Shown here one piece after another: positions 47,537 to 58,546 of a stretch of DNA of 64,000 nt. The stretch's first letter is position 1. Every line of letters begins with the position of its first letter. Origin of the DNA: a virus (taxonomy: Duplodnaviria; Caudoviricetes); the IMG/VR virus record IMGVR_UViG_2931736537_000001, positions 64,001 through 128,000 of that record; one strand, written 5' to 3'. Below the pieces are notes generated by a model that saw nothing but the letters and a program-made list of their open reading frames with translations, ran no database searches and was not told where the DNA came from. Both the position numbers and the translations under genes were made by a program.

Positions 47537-47747
47537 CCACTCCCGGCCGTCCGGGCGGTCCCTTGCGGGCCGGTCGGACGGCCGGCGTCGCTCTCTCCTG
47601 GTGCCGGCCGCTGCCACTGTGCGCGTGCCGGCATCACCCCAGCACAGAGCGGGTTTTGGCGCTTGCAAGTGTCCGCCGAGCGGAGTGATGAATGGGGCCG
47701 TCGCCCGGGCCGGGCGGCCCCCGACACCCTGCACGAAGGAGAGCGCC

Positions 47748-48296
47748 ATGCCTGACGTCACGAACGACACCCGGGCCGACTACGGGTGGACTGCCCTTGA
47801 GTTCTACTCGGAGGCCCGGACTGCTCTCGGGCACGAGCCCGACCCCGCCGAGGACGTGGAAATGGCCCTCGCGGCCTGCGCGCACGGCGGCAGTCTCGAC
47901 CGCTTGGAGCCGGTGCTGGTCGAGGACCTGCGGAAGGAGGACGACTGGGCGACGGAGGTCTGCAGCGACCTGGTCTCCCACCTCTTCCACGCGGCCGACG
48001 GCGCGGTGGTGCCCCAGCTGCTGCTGGACGCGGTCACCGACCCGGAGACCCGCTCGGAGGCTGCCATAGCCGAAGCCTGGCGCGTCCTGGGCGAGCGTGG
48101 CGCGGAGTTCGCCCGCTTCCTCGCGGCGGTGCGCCGCTTTCTGGTCACGGTGCACGACATCGACGCCGACGACCTGTTCGAGGATGCCCGGCGAGTCTTC
48201 GAGGACGAGGTCGAGGAGGAGCGGTACGCCGCGGCGGCCGAACGCCGGGCCCTGAACGGCCCTCGGGCCGGGACCGTCAGCGACGCATCTGCCTGA
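47748..48296 (+). CDS. Hypothetical acidic protein
   Basis: AAGGAG RBS; SDLVSHLFHAAD motif. Confidence 0.7.
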   Translation: MPDVTNDTRADYGWTALEFYSEARTALGHEPDPAEDVEMALAACAHGGSLDRLEPVLVEDLRKEDDWATEVCSDLVSHLFHAADGAVVPQLLLDAVTDPETRSEAAIAEAWRVLGERGAEFARFLAAVRRFLVTVHDIDADDLFEDARRVFEDEVEEERYAAAAERRALNGPRAGTVSDASA

Positions 48297-48947
48297 TCAC
48301 GGCGGCGATGTCCGGTGGCTGCCTGTCCAGGCCAGCCACCCGGACACAGGCCAGCGTCGGGGACCCCGCGGGGGCCTGCGTCTCCACGTGCCGCCGGAGC
48401 GGTACGACGGTCGTTGCCGAAGACGAGTGGGATACGGCGCCCCCTCTCGGGGCCCGTCTGGTCAGACCCGCGTAGGGCGCGCTGGGATTCGGCAGTTCCT
48501 TGGCGCCTGCGGCGGCTTCGAGGTCGTTCATGTCCTGCCCCCCTGTTGGGCGTGCGGCAGCCTCGCCTGCGCAGTGGCGCGGCAGCGCGTGTGCGCGCTG
48601 CGTAAGTCGGCGCGCGGCCGCCCACTGGTCGACGCGGCGTGGTGCTCGTACCGAGGTACGTGCGCGGTCACCTGGCTGACGTCTCCTCAGCCGGTACAGC
48701 CCCCCTGGATCCAGCTGACGTGTCGGGTGGCTGTCGGTCAGGGGGGTGCTCGATGGCGGCTACCAGCATGGGCGGGCTCTCGTGTGAGGGGTTGGTGAAG
48801 TTGCGCAGAGGGACTTGCACTTGACGACTTCGTGTGTGGAGTCCCTCCCTCCGGGCTCGGATCTTGCTATGCCCACTGACCCTCTGTCAACGATGCTTTA
48901 ATGCTCACCACCGATCGTTATTGACCTGCCCAACCACAGGAGCCCAG

Positions 48948-49541
48948 GTGAACGAGCCCGACATCGCACTTCCAGAGACACTCGAGCGCCTTGAGCAGTT
49001 GCTCTCCGAAAAGCAGCTCGACCGAGCGTCCCTCCTCGACGTGACCAAGCTCGCTCGCCAGGCAGTACTCCGCGAGGCCGAAGTCCAGGCGCTGCTGGCC
49101 GGCCTGAGTCTCGCCGACGACGGCAGCCCGGACGAGGTCGTCAAACGACGCGTGCGTGAGCGGCTCCCCCGCGTGTACCAGACGTACCTCGACACGGAGC
49201 GGGTCAGCTTCGCCGACGGCATCAGAACGATCGCTGCGCAGTTGGAAATCTCCGAGATGTGGGCGCGGCAGCTGGTCAAGGGCGCCAAGGTTCCCTCCGT
49301 CGGGCACCTCTCCGCGCTCGCCAAGTTCTTCAAGATCGATGTGCGCTACTTCACCGGGACGCCGGCGGACAACCTCAGCCGGGCGCTGCAGCCGTTGCTG
49401 AACAGCCTGGAGTCCGGGGACCCGGTGGCGGAGCTGATGACCGAGTACGGCCTGGCCGGAATCAGCTTCCGGGGCCTCGCACCGGAACGTCGGGCCATGG
49501 TCGCCGGGATGATCAAGGCAGTGATGGAGCAGGAGAAGTGA
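48948..49541 (+). CDS. XRE-family HTH regulator
   Basis: IAAQLEISEMWARQLVKG.KVPS..HL.ALAKFF. Confidence 0.8.
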   Translation: MNEPDIALPETLERLEQLLSEKQLDRASLLDVTKLARQAVLREAEVQALLAGLSLADDGSPDEVVKRRVRERLPRVYQTYLDTERVSFADGIRTIAAQLEISEMWARQLVKGAKVPSVGHLSALAKFFKIDVRYFTGTPADNLSRALQPLLNSLESGDPVAELMTEYGLAGISFRGLAPERRAMVAGMIKAVMEQEK

Positions 49542-50200
49542 GCGACACGGCGAGGCCACACACCGCAGGCCGGGCTGGCGTTCGCAGCGTCGACGACGCC
49601 GGTGCGCGCACGATGCGGCGCCTGGTCAACCGCGTCGTCAACAGGCTCGAACCTCCCACCCACGACGATGAACTTCTGCCTGCTCTCGGTCAGGCTCTCA
49701 GCGAGGTGCGCGGCCGACCGGTCCGGCTCCGCAAGGAGGTCTTCCCGCCCGAGACCGCCAGTGGGCTGTGGATCGACGCGGACGACTTCGACCTCATCGT
49801 CATCGAGAAGAACACCGACCCCGACCATCAACTCGTGATCTGCGGTCACGAGAGCTGGCACATGTTCGCCGGCCACTGCGGTGCGGCAACCGCGCACGGA
49901 CCGGCCGCCGCCCGCTCTCTCGAAGCGGGCACCGCTGCCGCGCTTCAAGACCTTGTCAGCCGGGCCGTTCAGGGTGCAACCGCCGACCTCCCGCCGACGG
50001 ACCGCATGGACGCCGGCCTTCACATCGCCGCACTGCGAGCCGACAGCGTCGTCCACGAGGAGACGGAAGCCGAGATGTTCGGCGTGAAGTTCGCGACCGT
50101 CCTGCAGGCCGCCCTCGAGGAAGCCCGTACTGCCGCAGACCTGGGGGGCATCGCGGGACGCATTCAGGTCTCCATGGCCCACCGGTGGCATCGCTCCTGA
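49538..50200 (+). CDS. ImmA/IrrE-like HExxH metallopeptidase-type protein
   Basis: SGLWI...HQLVICGHESWH...E.EAE; GTGA-coupled to the XRE gene. Confidence 0.75.
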   Translation: MSDTARPHTAGRAGVRSVDDAGARTMRRLVNRVVNRLEPPTHDDELLPALGQALSEVRGRPVRLRKEVFPPETASGLWIDADDFDLIVIEKNTDPDHQLVICGHESWHMFAGHCGAATAHGPAAARSLEAGTAAALQDLVSRAVQGATADLPPTDRMDAGLHIAALRADSVVHEETEAEMFGVKFATVLQAALEEARTAADLGGIAGRIQVSMAHRWHRS

Positions 50201-50244
50201 GTGGACCGCCCTGCCCCTGCCCCGCCTCTGGAGAGTCACGTCTC

Positions 50245-51426
50245 GTGGACCACGGACCCAACAACCTTGCCTTCTACATCTGCGGCTGCCTGCTTCTTCT
50301 GATCGGCCTGGTGAAGCTTCCTGCGGCCATCAGCCGGCGAAACGACTTACTGCTGCGGGCCGCCGTGCTGCTGCTCGTCGTCGGGTCGACGGTCTTCTTC
50401 TTCGCCGCGCCGGATTCGATCGCCTTGATCAACGACCTGACGGGGATACCCAACCTGGCGGCGCCTCTGGCGTACACGTCGCTCACGGCCTTCTCAGGTG
50501 CCAGTCTCCTGCTCATCATCAACTGGCGGCCGGCGCCGCCAGAGCAGACGCACCGCGCTTCGCTGATCTGCATCGCGGGGTTCACCCTGGTGATCCTCGC
50601 CATCCACGTCCTGTTCTGGGTGGGTGACGCACCGGTCGAGCAGCTCACGCTGTTCGACGGCTACTACGCGAGCACGCCGTACATCCGGGAGATGATCCTG
50701 CTTTACCTGGTGGCCCAGGGCACGGCCACCTTGACGACCAGCATCCTGTGCTGGCGCTGGTCCCGCGAGGTCGACGGGTCCCTGCGTGCCGGTCTGCTGA
50801 TTCTGGTGCCCGCCTACCTGCTGCACGTCGTGTACGACAGCGTGAAGCTCGTGGCGATCGTGGCTTCGTGGACGGGCCGCCGGTGGGACTTCCTCATCGA
50901 CCAGGTCGCTCCTCTCGCCGCGGCGCCGTCGGCGCTGCTCGTGGTGTGCGGCTTCGCGCTGCCTCTGGCCGGTCCCCGCATGACCCAGAACGCGCAGGCG
51001 CTGCGCCAGTTGAAGGACCTCGAGCCGCTGTGGCAGGAGGTGCAGCGGGTCCCGACGCCCGGCGCGGTGCGCACGTCTCTGCCCTGGTGGTCGACGCCGG
51101 CCGTCCGGCTGACCGCCCGCAAGACCCGCATCTTCGACGCTCTCCTGTCCGTCGCCCCGTACTGCGACCCGGGCCTGCGCGAGCGGAGCTACCGGGCCGC
51201 GGAGCAGGCCGGCCTGGAGGAACCCGCGGCTTCGGTCGCGGCGGAAGCCGCCATGCTCGTCGCCGCCGTGGAGCAGCGGCAGAAGGCCACGAGTCCCGAC
51301 GACGCGCCGGACGTGCCCCTGTGGCGGCCCCGCGACCTCGTCCCGCTGTCGAAAGCCCTCACCGGGCCTCTCGTCCAAGAAGTCCGCCGCAACCACGGCG
51401 TCACCGCAGAAAGCAGTCCGTCATGA
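50245..51426 (+). CDS. MAB_1171c-family multi-TM protein (DUF6545-like C-terminus)
   Basis: About 7 TM helices, LTGIPNLAAPL, LEPLW; contains one TTA codon. Confidence 0.8.
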   Translation: MDHGPNNLAFYICGCLLLLIGLVKLPAAISRRNDLLLRAAVLLLVVGSTVFFFAAPDSIALINDLTGIPNLAAPLAYTSLTAFSGASLLLIINWRPAPPEQTHRASLICIAGFTLVILAIHVLFWVGDAPVEQLTLFDGYYASTPYIREMILLYLVAQGTATLTTSILCWRWSREVDGSLRAGLLILVPAYLLHVVYDSVKLVAIVASWTGRRWDFLIDQVAPLAAAPSALLVVCGFALPLAGPRMTQNAQALRQLKDLEPLWQEVQRVPTPGAVRTSLPWWSTPAVRLTARKTRIFDALLSVAPYCDPGLRERSYRAAEQAGLEEPAASVAAEAAMLVAAVEQRQKATSPDDAPDVPLWRPRDLVPLSKALTGPLVQEVRRNHGVTAESSPS

Positions 51427-52838
51427 GCGAGCCATCGCCTCTCATACCTCGTCGCGCCGTCGTGATCGGCGGAAGCATCGCCGGCATGCTCGCTGCAGCA
51501 GCCGTCAAGGACCACTTCGACACCGTCGAGATCGTGGAAGCCCACGCGCTCCCCGTCGGCCCGGAGTCACGCGCCGGGGTGCCCCAGGCCGCACACTTCC
51601 ACACCCTGCTGTCCGGCGGGGCCGAGGCGATCGACGAGTTGCTTCCCGGCACGGTCGACCAGCTGCTGGCCGCCGGCGCGAACCGGGTGCCCGTGACCAC
51701 CGGCATGGTCATGTACTCCCCCGAAGGCTGGTACCGGCGGTGGCAGAACGCCACCCACTACCTGATCACCGCCTCCCGCGACCTGACCGACTCCGTCATC
51801 CGCCAGCAGGTGCTGAAGCACCAGCAGGTGTCCGTGCGCGAGCACACCCGGGTCGTCTCGCTCCTCGGCGACCGGCAGCGCATCACCGGTGTCCGTCTTC
51901 GCTCCGCCGACGGCGCGGAGACGGAGCTGCCCGCCGAGCTGGTCGTCGACGCGTCGGGGCGGGGCACCCGGACGCCCCGGTGGCTTGCCGAGCTGGGCAT
52001 CACCGGTCTGGTCGACGAGCGCATCGACTCGGGACTCACGTACGCCAGCCGTATCTACCAGGCACCAGTGCCCACCAAGGACTGGCCGGTCATAAACCTG
52101 CAGGCCAACGCGCGCGCCGGGCTGCTGAAGGCCGGCGGGATCATCCCGATCGAGAACGACCGGTGGCATGTGAGCCTCATCGGGCCGCCCGGGGCGGAGC
52201 CCACTCGCAACACCGACGACTTCCTCCCCTACGCACGCAGCCTGCGGCATCCCGTCGTGGCAGACCTCCTCGAGCACGCCGAGCCGCTCACCGAGGTCAC
52301 CGTCACGCACACCACCGCGAACGTCCGCTACCGATACGAGCTGCTCAAGAGCTGGCCCGAGGGCCTGGTAGCGGTGGGAGACTCCGTCGCCGCGTTCAAC
52401 CCCGTGTACGGACAGGGGATGGGGGTTGCCGCCCGCGGCGCCCGGGCGCTGCACAAGGCCGTGTCCGTCGGCCTCACGGACGGCCTGGCCCGCCGGGCGC
52501 AATGCGAGGTCGCGGCCGCCGTCGACGCGGCGTGGAGCCTGTCGGTGGGCAGCGACATCCACTTCCCGTCGACCAAGGGCAAGGACCCCACCGCCGGCGA
52601 CCGGCTGCTGCAGCGGTACGTCAGCCGGCTCTCGCGGACGGCCACCGGCTCGCACCGGGTGGCCACCGCCCTCACGGACGTGCTCATGCTCCAGGCGTCC
52701 CCGGCGTCCTTGCTGTCGCCCAGCCTCCTGCTGGCGGCTGCTCTCGGCCCGCGGAGGCCGCAGTTGGCTGGCCCGCCGCTCTCCCCCGTGGAACGCCTCG
52801 TGCTGGACAGGGGTGCGGCGTCGGCCGTGGCCGAGTAG
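51423..52838 (+). CDS. FAD-dependent oxidoreductase/monooxygenase
   Basis: GGSIAG, R.GVPQ, DASGRG, GDSVAAFNPVYGQGM. Confidence 0.9.
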   Translation: MSEPSPLIPRRAVVIGGSIAGMLAAAAVKDHFDTVEIVEAHALPVGPESRAGVPQAAHFHTLLSGGAEAIDELLPGTVDQLLAAGANRVPVTTGMVMYSPEGWYRRWQNATHYLITASRDLTDSVIRQQVLKHQQVSVREHTRVVSLLGDRQRITGVRLRSADGAETELPAELVVDASGRGTRTPRWLAELGITGLVDERIDSGLTYASRIYQAPVPTKDWPVINLQANARAGLLKAGGIIPIENDRWHVSLIGPPGAEPTRNTDDFLPYARSLRHPVVADLLEHAEPLTEVTVTHTTANVRYRYELLKSWPEGLVAVGDSVAAFNPVYGQGMGVAARGARALHKAVSVGLTDGLARRAQCEVAAAVDAAWSLSVGSDIHFPSTKGKDPTAGDRLLQRYVSRLSRTATGSHRVATALTDVLMLQASPASLLSPSLLLAAALGPRRPQLAGPPLSPVERLVLDRGAASAVAE

Positions 52839-53457
52839 GCGCTGCGGCCGATCATGCTCTGTTCCTGCGGGTAACTCACTGGTTACGCTCGGCGGACTGC
52901 AGCAGCAAATCGGAGGGGGAGGACATGGCCGACGCGAGTGAATCGGGCGAGCAGGCCCGTTCCCCTGCTGGCTCCCGGCGCTCGGCTCCTCGCCGTGACC
53001 GTCTTCAGTGCGCCAGGGGCCCCAAGCTGACGTCGGAGGAACGAAGTGTCCTCGAGCGGTGGCTGGCGGAGATTCTGTGGGGCAGCCGCAGCGCGTAGCG
53101 CAGCCGTCCTGGGGGGTGGGCGTTCGGGCCTGACGGTCTTCTCGGCACGGGGGGTTTAGAGAAGGGATTGGGGTTTCCCCGTCAGGCCCGAACAGGTCAG
53201 ATGATCGGTTCGCCGGGTGGCGGCTGCAAAGCTGCCGGGCGGCGTATTGCGCACACACGACAGCGGCCCCGGTCTCAGTCCCGTGAGGGACTTCCGACCG
53301 GGGCCGATGCGCTCCCAATCTCCCGATGCCCGACAAACTCAGCTGCTCCACGGCTGCGTTCGTCGACCGGTTCCGCCGATGCCCGCGGCTTTCCCGGTGT
53401 CACCACCGTACACGAAACCCACTACGTAAGGAAGCGTTCCGATGGTGGCCGGCAGTG

Positions 53458-54168
53458 TTACTCCCAGGGCGCCGGGCCCTGCTGCTGCGCCCAGGCCAGC
53501 AACTGGCGCGAGCCGAACAGCCGCAGCGGCTGGTCGAGGTCGCTGTTCCAGTCCACGGCGCTGCTGGTGAAGCTGCTCGTGGTGACCACGGCGGCCAGGT
53601 CGCAGCGGTGGCTCTCCCGGTAGGTTCCGTTCACCTGGTAGAGGACCTCTGCGGGGACTCGCTTGGTCTCGCCGTACCGCTTGCACTGCACCAGCAGCCA
53701 CCGCCCGTCCGGGGTGCGGGCGCGTACGTCGCCGGCCCGATCGTTCGCACCACCGAGGACCTCGACGCGGGTACAGCCGTCCCGCCGGCACAGCCGGGCG
53801 ACGGCGTGCTCGAACCCGTCCGGCGACAGCTCCCTCCACTGCTCGATGCCGCCGGGCAGTTGGCCGTGCCCGTCCTGGCGCCAGCGCCGGTACTGGCCCC
53901 GGCCCCAGAGCGCCGCGACGACGACGCCGCCCAGCCCCAGCAAGGCCAGCAGCGCGGCCAGGACGCCCGGGTGCCGGCCGAGGAAGTCCCCGACGAACAG
54001 GAGCACGACGGCCACGATGCCGAGGGTGAGGGACCGGTTCCCCCGGGATAAGGCCCGGCGCCAGCCGCGGCGGGCGGGCGGCCGTCGCCGGGCGGCGGGA
54101 CGGCGCCGGATGGTGCGGCGGCGGGGCTGGCGCCGCTCCGGGCGCGGGCGGCGGGTGGTGCTGGCCAT
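53458..54168 (-). CDS. Membrane-anchored Mrr-like restriction endonuclease
   Basis: Two TM helices, then FEH.VA.L...GGANDRAGDV...VQCKRY...VTTS.FT. Confidence 0.85.
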   Translation of the reverse strand: MASTTRRPRPERRQPRRRTIRRRPAARRRPPARRGWRRALSRGNRSLTLGIVAVVLLFVGDFLGRHPGVLAALLALLGLGGVVVAALWGRGQYRRWRQDGHGQLPGGIEQWRELSPDGFEHAVARLCRRDGCTRVEVLGGANDRAGDVRARTPDGRWLLVQCKRYGETKRVPAEVLYQVNGTYRESHRCDLAAVVTTSSFTSSAVDWNSDLDQPLRLFGSRQLLAWAQQQGPAPWE

Positions 54169-54226
54169 GGGAGTTCTCCTTGCGGGTGAGGGTGTCTCTG
54201 GGGCGAGGGGTCACTCAGGCGACGCA

Positions 54227-54556
54227 TCAGGTGGCCGGCGGTCCTGAAGTGCAGGCGTTGGCGATCACAGGCCCTCGCGGGGTCGCCCGGGACCAGCGGG
54301 TGTAGTCGATCGCGCTGGACACGTAACTCGTGTTCATCATGCTTCCGGCGTCGTCGATGCGGTCTCGCAGCTCTTCCAGGTGCCAGTCCGCCCACGCGAG
54401 CCGGTCGAGAAGCCATCGCGCGTCGTCGGGCGTGAGCCGATCCGGGTGGGCTTGAAGCTCGGCAAGCCGGGCTCGCTGCTCGGAGACGTAGCCATCTGGC
54501 GTCACCGCGGCTGCGCCGGCGGTGTGGCGGGTGCTTTCGGGCTCGGGTTCAGTCAT
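54227..54556 (-). CDS. Hypothetical protein
   Basis: GGAGAG RBS. Confidence 0.55.
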   Translation of the reverse strand: MTEPEPESTRHTAGAAAVTPDGYVSEQRARLAELQAHPDRLTPDDARWLLDRLAWADWHLEELRDRIDDAGSMMNTSYVSSAIDYTRWSRATPRGPVIANACTSGPPAT

Positions 54557-54602
54557 GCGGATTCTCTCCATGCTCGGTGGACGGGGTGTCCGGGAGGTGG
54601 GC

Positions 54603-55196
54603 TCAGTCCTGGCGCCAGGTGCCCTTGATGGAACCTTCGAAGGTGCCGGTGCGCGGGCGGCGGTTGCGGCCGCCGCCGAAGGCGATCCGCGCGAACACGC
54701 CGACCAGGACGACCACGCCGACGATCTTCAGCACGGTGACGGTGGCGCTCCACACCGCGGCCGCGCCGGCGCTGACGGCGGTGGTGATGTCGTGTCCGTA
54801 GACGGCGCCTACGGTGGTGACGGCGGCGGCACCCGCCACGTACGTGCCGGCCTTCAGGCGACGCCGGTTGTCCGTGAGCCACTGGGGCAGGGTGCGCCGC
54901 TCGGTGGAGACCGCAGACGCCGGGGCGGGCGCGGCCGGCGCGGCCGGGCGGGGCGGGGTCGTGTCCGCGGCCGGGGCGAGCGGGACGACCTCGCGGATCA
55001 CCTCCTTGGAACCGTCGGGGGTCGTCCGCTCGGTCTCGCGGATGGTGTAGCCGTCCGGCACGACGAGGGGGGCGATGCCCCGGGCGGCCGCGCCGGGCGC
55101 GGCGAACTGCTCCTGGGCCGTGCTGTCGCCTTCGAGGACGGACAGGAGGGCGCGGGCGGTCTCGCGCTCGGCGTCGGGGAGGCTGAACTGGTCCAT
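54603..55196 (-). CDS. Spd-like membrane protein
   Basis: P-rich linker plus two TM helices, downstream of traB. Confidence 0.55.
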   Translation of the reverse strand: MDQFSLPDAERETARALLSVLEGDSTAQEQFAAPGAAARGIAPLVVPDGYTIRETERTTPDGSKEVIREVVPLAPAADTTPPRPAAPAAPAPASAVSTERRTLPQWLTDNRRRLKAGTYVAGAAAVTTVGAVYGHDITTAVSAGAAAVWSATVTVLKIVGVVVLVGVFARIAFGGGRNRRPRTGTFEGSIKGTWRQD

Positions 55197-55408
55197 GGTC
55201 AGGCTTCCTTCTCTGCAGTCGTTATGGGGGTGTCGGTGGTGCGGGGGTGGGCCAGTGCCCGCCGCAGGGGGCTGGTGGCCGGTGTGCTGCCCGGGTCCAG
55301 GACGGCGATCAAGAGGCGTCCGTCCTGGACGACGACGGCGATGTCGTGGGCAGCCGCGGGTGGTTGGGGCATCGGTTCCTGCTTCGGCGGGGAAAGAGGG
55401 TGGCCGGC

Positions 55409-55720
55409 CTACTGGGGGTTGCTGGAGGGGTCGCCGGGGCGGATGGAGTACGGCTGCGGGGCGGCTCGGTCCGCGTCGGCCTCGAAGGCGTGGTCGCCGG
55501 GGTCGCGCCAGGCGTTGCCGCCGAAGTCGGGGTAGCGCTCGCGCATCTGCCGGTAGTAGGCGCGGCAGTCGAGGGTCCGGTGCCCGGGCACGTGCCACCC
55601 GGAGGCCTCGGCGCACCAGTCGCAGGACGGGCCGGGCCGGAGGCGGAACCAGAGGGCTTCGCCGAGTCCGGCCAGTACGGCGCCGACTGCGACGCCGGCG
55701 ATGACGAGGAGGACATCCAT
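55409..55720 (-). CDS. Small membrane protein with CxxC/H motif
   Basis: N-terminal TM helix, CDWC...H...C. Confidence 0.55.
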   Translation of the reverse strand: MDVLLVIAGVAVGAVLAGLGEALWFRLRPGPSCDWCAEASGWHVPGHRTLDCRAYYRQMRERYPDFGGNAWRDPGDHAFEADADRAAPQPYSIRPGDPSSNPQ

Positions 55721-55732
55721 GGTCGGGGCCTT

Positions 55733-55927
55733 TCAGAAGTTGACGGCCTGCACGGCGTCGGCGACGGCCGTGAGGGCGTTGGTGATGGACGGGGCGATGC
55801 CGGTGGAGGCGAGGAAGAAGCCGAACAGCGTGGCCATGACGGCCGGGAAGGGCTTCAGTGAGCCGCTGCGCACCATGACGATCACGACGATGAGCAGCAG
55901 CAGGGCGGCGGAGACGGAGACAGCCAT
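55733..55927 (-). CDS. Small hydrophobic AICE/plasmid transfer-region protein
   Basis: MAVSVSA.LLL.I...LFGFFLAST.IAPSI pattern commonly found after TraB. Confidence 0.7.
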   Translation of the reverse strand: MAVSVSAALLLLIVVIVMVRSGSLKPFPAVMATLFGFFLASTGIAPSITNALTAVADAVQAVNF

Positions 55928-55931
55928 CGGG

Positions 55932-58472
55932 TCAGTTCTCTTCCTTGATCTGGGCGAGCAGGGCTTCCAGGGCGTCGGGCTTGTACAGCACGTCCCGGCC
56001 CTTGCTGCCGTCGCGCAAGCCGGTGATCTTCCGGGCGGTCATCTGGTCCATGAGCCAGACGGCCTTGGCGAAGCCGACGCGGAGCTTGCGCTGCAGCATC
56101 GATGTGGAGCCGAACTGGGTGGACACGACCAGTTCGACGGCGTGGCAGAACAGCTCGAGGTCGTCGCCGGTGAGCGGCTCGGCGTCGTCGGTGGCGTCGT
56201 CCTGGGTGTCAGGCGGGGCCGGGTGGTCGGGGTCCGCCCAGACGTACGGCGTCTTGGGGCCGCCGGGCTGGACGATGTCCCCCTCGTCTGTGAACCACTT
56301 GTAGATGGCCTGCCGGCTGGGTGCCTTCTCCTTCGGGTACAGGTCCTCGAGCCGCTCGATGCAGGCGCCGATGGTGATGCCGTCCGGTCCGGCGTCGCGG
56401 ACCATCTGCAGCACCTCGTCCTTGCGCGGGTGCTCGCGGTTCTTCTTCTTGTCTTCCTGCTGCGCCTGGTCGGCCACGTGCTGCCGGGCCGCCTCCTGGG
56501 TGATCTGCTCGACGCCTGCCCAGACCTTGTCGAAGGCCGCGCGGACGGTGGCCTCGTCCGGGCCGGGAACGGCCGGGCCGGGGTTGGGCTGGCCACCGGC
56601 GGGCGGCTGCTGTCCTCCGGCCTGGGGCTGCTGAGGGACGTTGTACTTCTTCAGGTAGTCCTCGGCGGACGGGAGGTCGCCGAGCTGTCCGGGCAGCGGT
56701 GCTCCCGGCTGGCCGGGGCGGCTTCCGCCGGTGCCCGACGTCGGCCGCATGGGCGGGGCCGGCGGGGCGGCCTGCATGGTGCCGGTTCCGCCGCCGTTCA
56801 TGCTGGTGGTGGTGTTGCGGCCGACGGAGGCCGGCACGTCGATGCCGTACGCCTCCAGCAGCCAGCCGATGCGCTCGGTGTCGGACCAGCGGTCCGCGTA
56901 GCCCCACTTGGTGGCGATGGCGATCGCCTCGTCGTCCAGGTCGGGGCGGATGTGTGCGCGGCGGACGGCCATCTGCTCGATGGCGTCGCTGTCTTCGTCG
57001 TCGTTGACGTAGGCGAAGCGGCCCTTCTCGGGCGGCTCGGCCTGGTCCATGGCCGGGGTCTTGATGTAGCAGGCGCCGTTGCCGGGCAGGGCCGCCAGGT
57101 TGACCTGGTGGTAGAAGTCCGGGAAGACGTACTGGCCCTCCCCCTTCTTCCTGAACCGGAGGCCGATCGTGGTGTCGTACTGGCTGTCGATCTCGCCGCC
57201 GCCGGTGTTGGGGCCGGTGCCGCGCTGCACGACGTCGACGTAGTCGATGGCCGCCTTACGGCCCTTCTTGATGCCGCGGGTCTTGGGCTTGACGGCCGAC
57301 GTCGACCAGGCCATCAGGTCCGAGCCTTCCTCGGTGATGACGATGATCGCGGGCCGCTCGGCCTTGGGGACCAGCTTTCCGCCGCGGGCGGTCTTCGCGC
57401 GCTGGTCCGCGACGTCGTGTGCCGCGTTGTACATGCGCACGGCCTCGTCCTCGGTGGTGGCGATCCAGTCGATGAGCGGTCGCGGGCACAGCACGTTGCC
57501 CTCGTCGTCCTTCCAGCCCTCCACCCACGGGCGCACCCACCGCTTTGCGGTGTGGCCGCTGGCCATGTCGACCATCCAGATCACCGCGTCGACGCAGCGG
57601 GTGATCAGGGAGATGAGGACGTGCAGGGTGACGGACTTGCCGGAGCCCTTCTGCCCGGCGATGAGCACGGAGTTCTGCCGCATCAGCAGCTCGATGGGCA
57701 GGCCCGACTCGAGCATGCCGAGCGTCAGCGGCTCGTTGATGGTGATGGGGTGGTCGCTCTCGTCGAGCTCGACCAGCTCGGCGAGGACGTTGCGGGTGGA
57801 CACCGACAGGTAGGCGACGTCCGCGGTCTCGCCCGGGCGCAGGGTGAGGGCCCCGGCGCGGACGCCGGCCTTCATCTCCAGGCGCTTCAACAGGGGCAGC
57901 AGGCCGTCGTAGTCGGTCTCGGTGAGCCGCAGCGTGAGCTTGTACCCGTTGTGGGCCTTGTCCTTCTTCTCGACGAAGACGCCGCGGGCGCCGACCGAGG
58001 CGAACAGGTCCTGCCAGTCGGTGAGCGGCTTGTGGAGCGTCGCCTCCTCCTTCGCCCACTGCTCGGCGATCTCCTCGCTGCGCAGGTACCGGTCGACGCC
58101 GTACATCGGGGCGAGGACGGCCGTGGCCGCGGCGACGGCAGCGGCGGAGACGAGCGTCCAGGGGGTGCCGTGCGCGGTCCAGTTCAGCCAGGCCGCGGCG
58201 GCGCCGGTCCAGATGCTGGTGAAGGCGGTGTGGTACCAGCGGGCCCGCTGGCTGCGGTTCTCGCCGCCGGTGCGGATGTAGCGGGCGGTGGCGGCGGCGA
58301 CGACGCCGCCGACGGAGCCGATGCCGAGCATGTCCAGCGGGACGGTGTGGCCCAGGTCCTCGATGGTGCCCAGGCCGAGGCCGGCGGAGTAGATGACCGC
58401 GGAGGTGTACAGCGGGGTGGCGAACACCCCGTGCACCCAAGGGGTGACCTCGTGGTCCTTCGAGCGGGCCAT
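55932..58472 (-). CDS. traB: TraB / FtsK-SpoIIIE conjugative DNA translocase with wHTH and FtsK-gamma domains
   Basis: N-terminal TM helices, Walker [20 protein letters not shown]; C-terminal [19 protein letters not shown]. Confidence 0.88.
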   Translation of the reverse strand: MARSKDHEVTPWVHGVFATPLYTSAVIYSAGLGLGTIEDLGHTVPLDMLGIGSVGGVVAAATARYIRTGGENRSQRARWYHTAFTSIWTGAAAAWLNWTAHGTPWTLVSAAAVAAATAVLAPMYGVDRYLRSEEIAEQWAKEEATLHKPLTDWQDLFASVGARGVFVEKKDKAHNGYKLTLRLTETDYDGLLPLLKRLEMKAGVRAGALTLRPGETADVAYLSVSTRNVLAELVELDESDHPITINEPLTLGMLESGLPIELLMRQNSVLIAGQKGSGKSVTLHVLISLITRCVDAVIWMVDMASGHTAKRWVRPWVEGWKDDEGNVLCPRPLIDWIATTEDEAVRMYNAAHDVADQRAKTARGGKLVPKAERPAIIVITEEGSDLMAWSTSAVKPKTRGIKKGRKAAIDYVDVVQRGTGPNTGGGEIDSQYDTTIGLRFRKKGEGQYVFPDFYHQVNLAALPGNGACYIKTPAMDQAEPPEKGRFAYVNDDEDSDAIEQMAVRRAHIRPDLDDEAIAIATKWGYADRWSDTERIGWLLEAYGIDVPASVGRNTTTSMNGGGTGTMQAAPPAPPMRPTSGTGGSRPGQPGAPLPGQLGDLPSAEDYLKKYNVPQQPQAGGQQPPAGGQPNPGPAVPGPDEATVRAAFDKVWAGVEQITQEAARQHVADQAQQEDKKKNREHPRKDEVLQMVRDAGPDGITIGACIERLEDLYPKEKAPSRQAIYKWFTDEGDIVQPGGPKTPYVWADPDHPAPPDTQDDATDDAEPLTGDDLELFCHAVELVVSTQFGSTSMLQRKLRVGFAKAVWLMDQMTARKITGLRDGSKGRDVLYKPDALEALLAQIKEEN

Positions 58473-58546
58473 GGTGTGGGACTCCTTACGTCGTCTGGTG
58501 GGTGGTCACGGGTGGGGCGCCGGGAGCGGGAGCGTTCCGGCGGAGG

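Noticed and set aside
52925-53098. 57-aa ORF with RBS, faintly like an IS630 N-terminus (LTSEERSVLERW)
   Set aside because: No transposase body or terminal repeats; too little evidence
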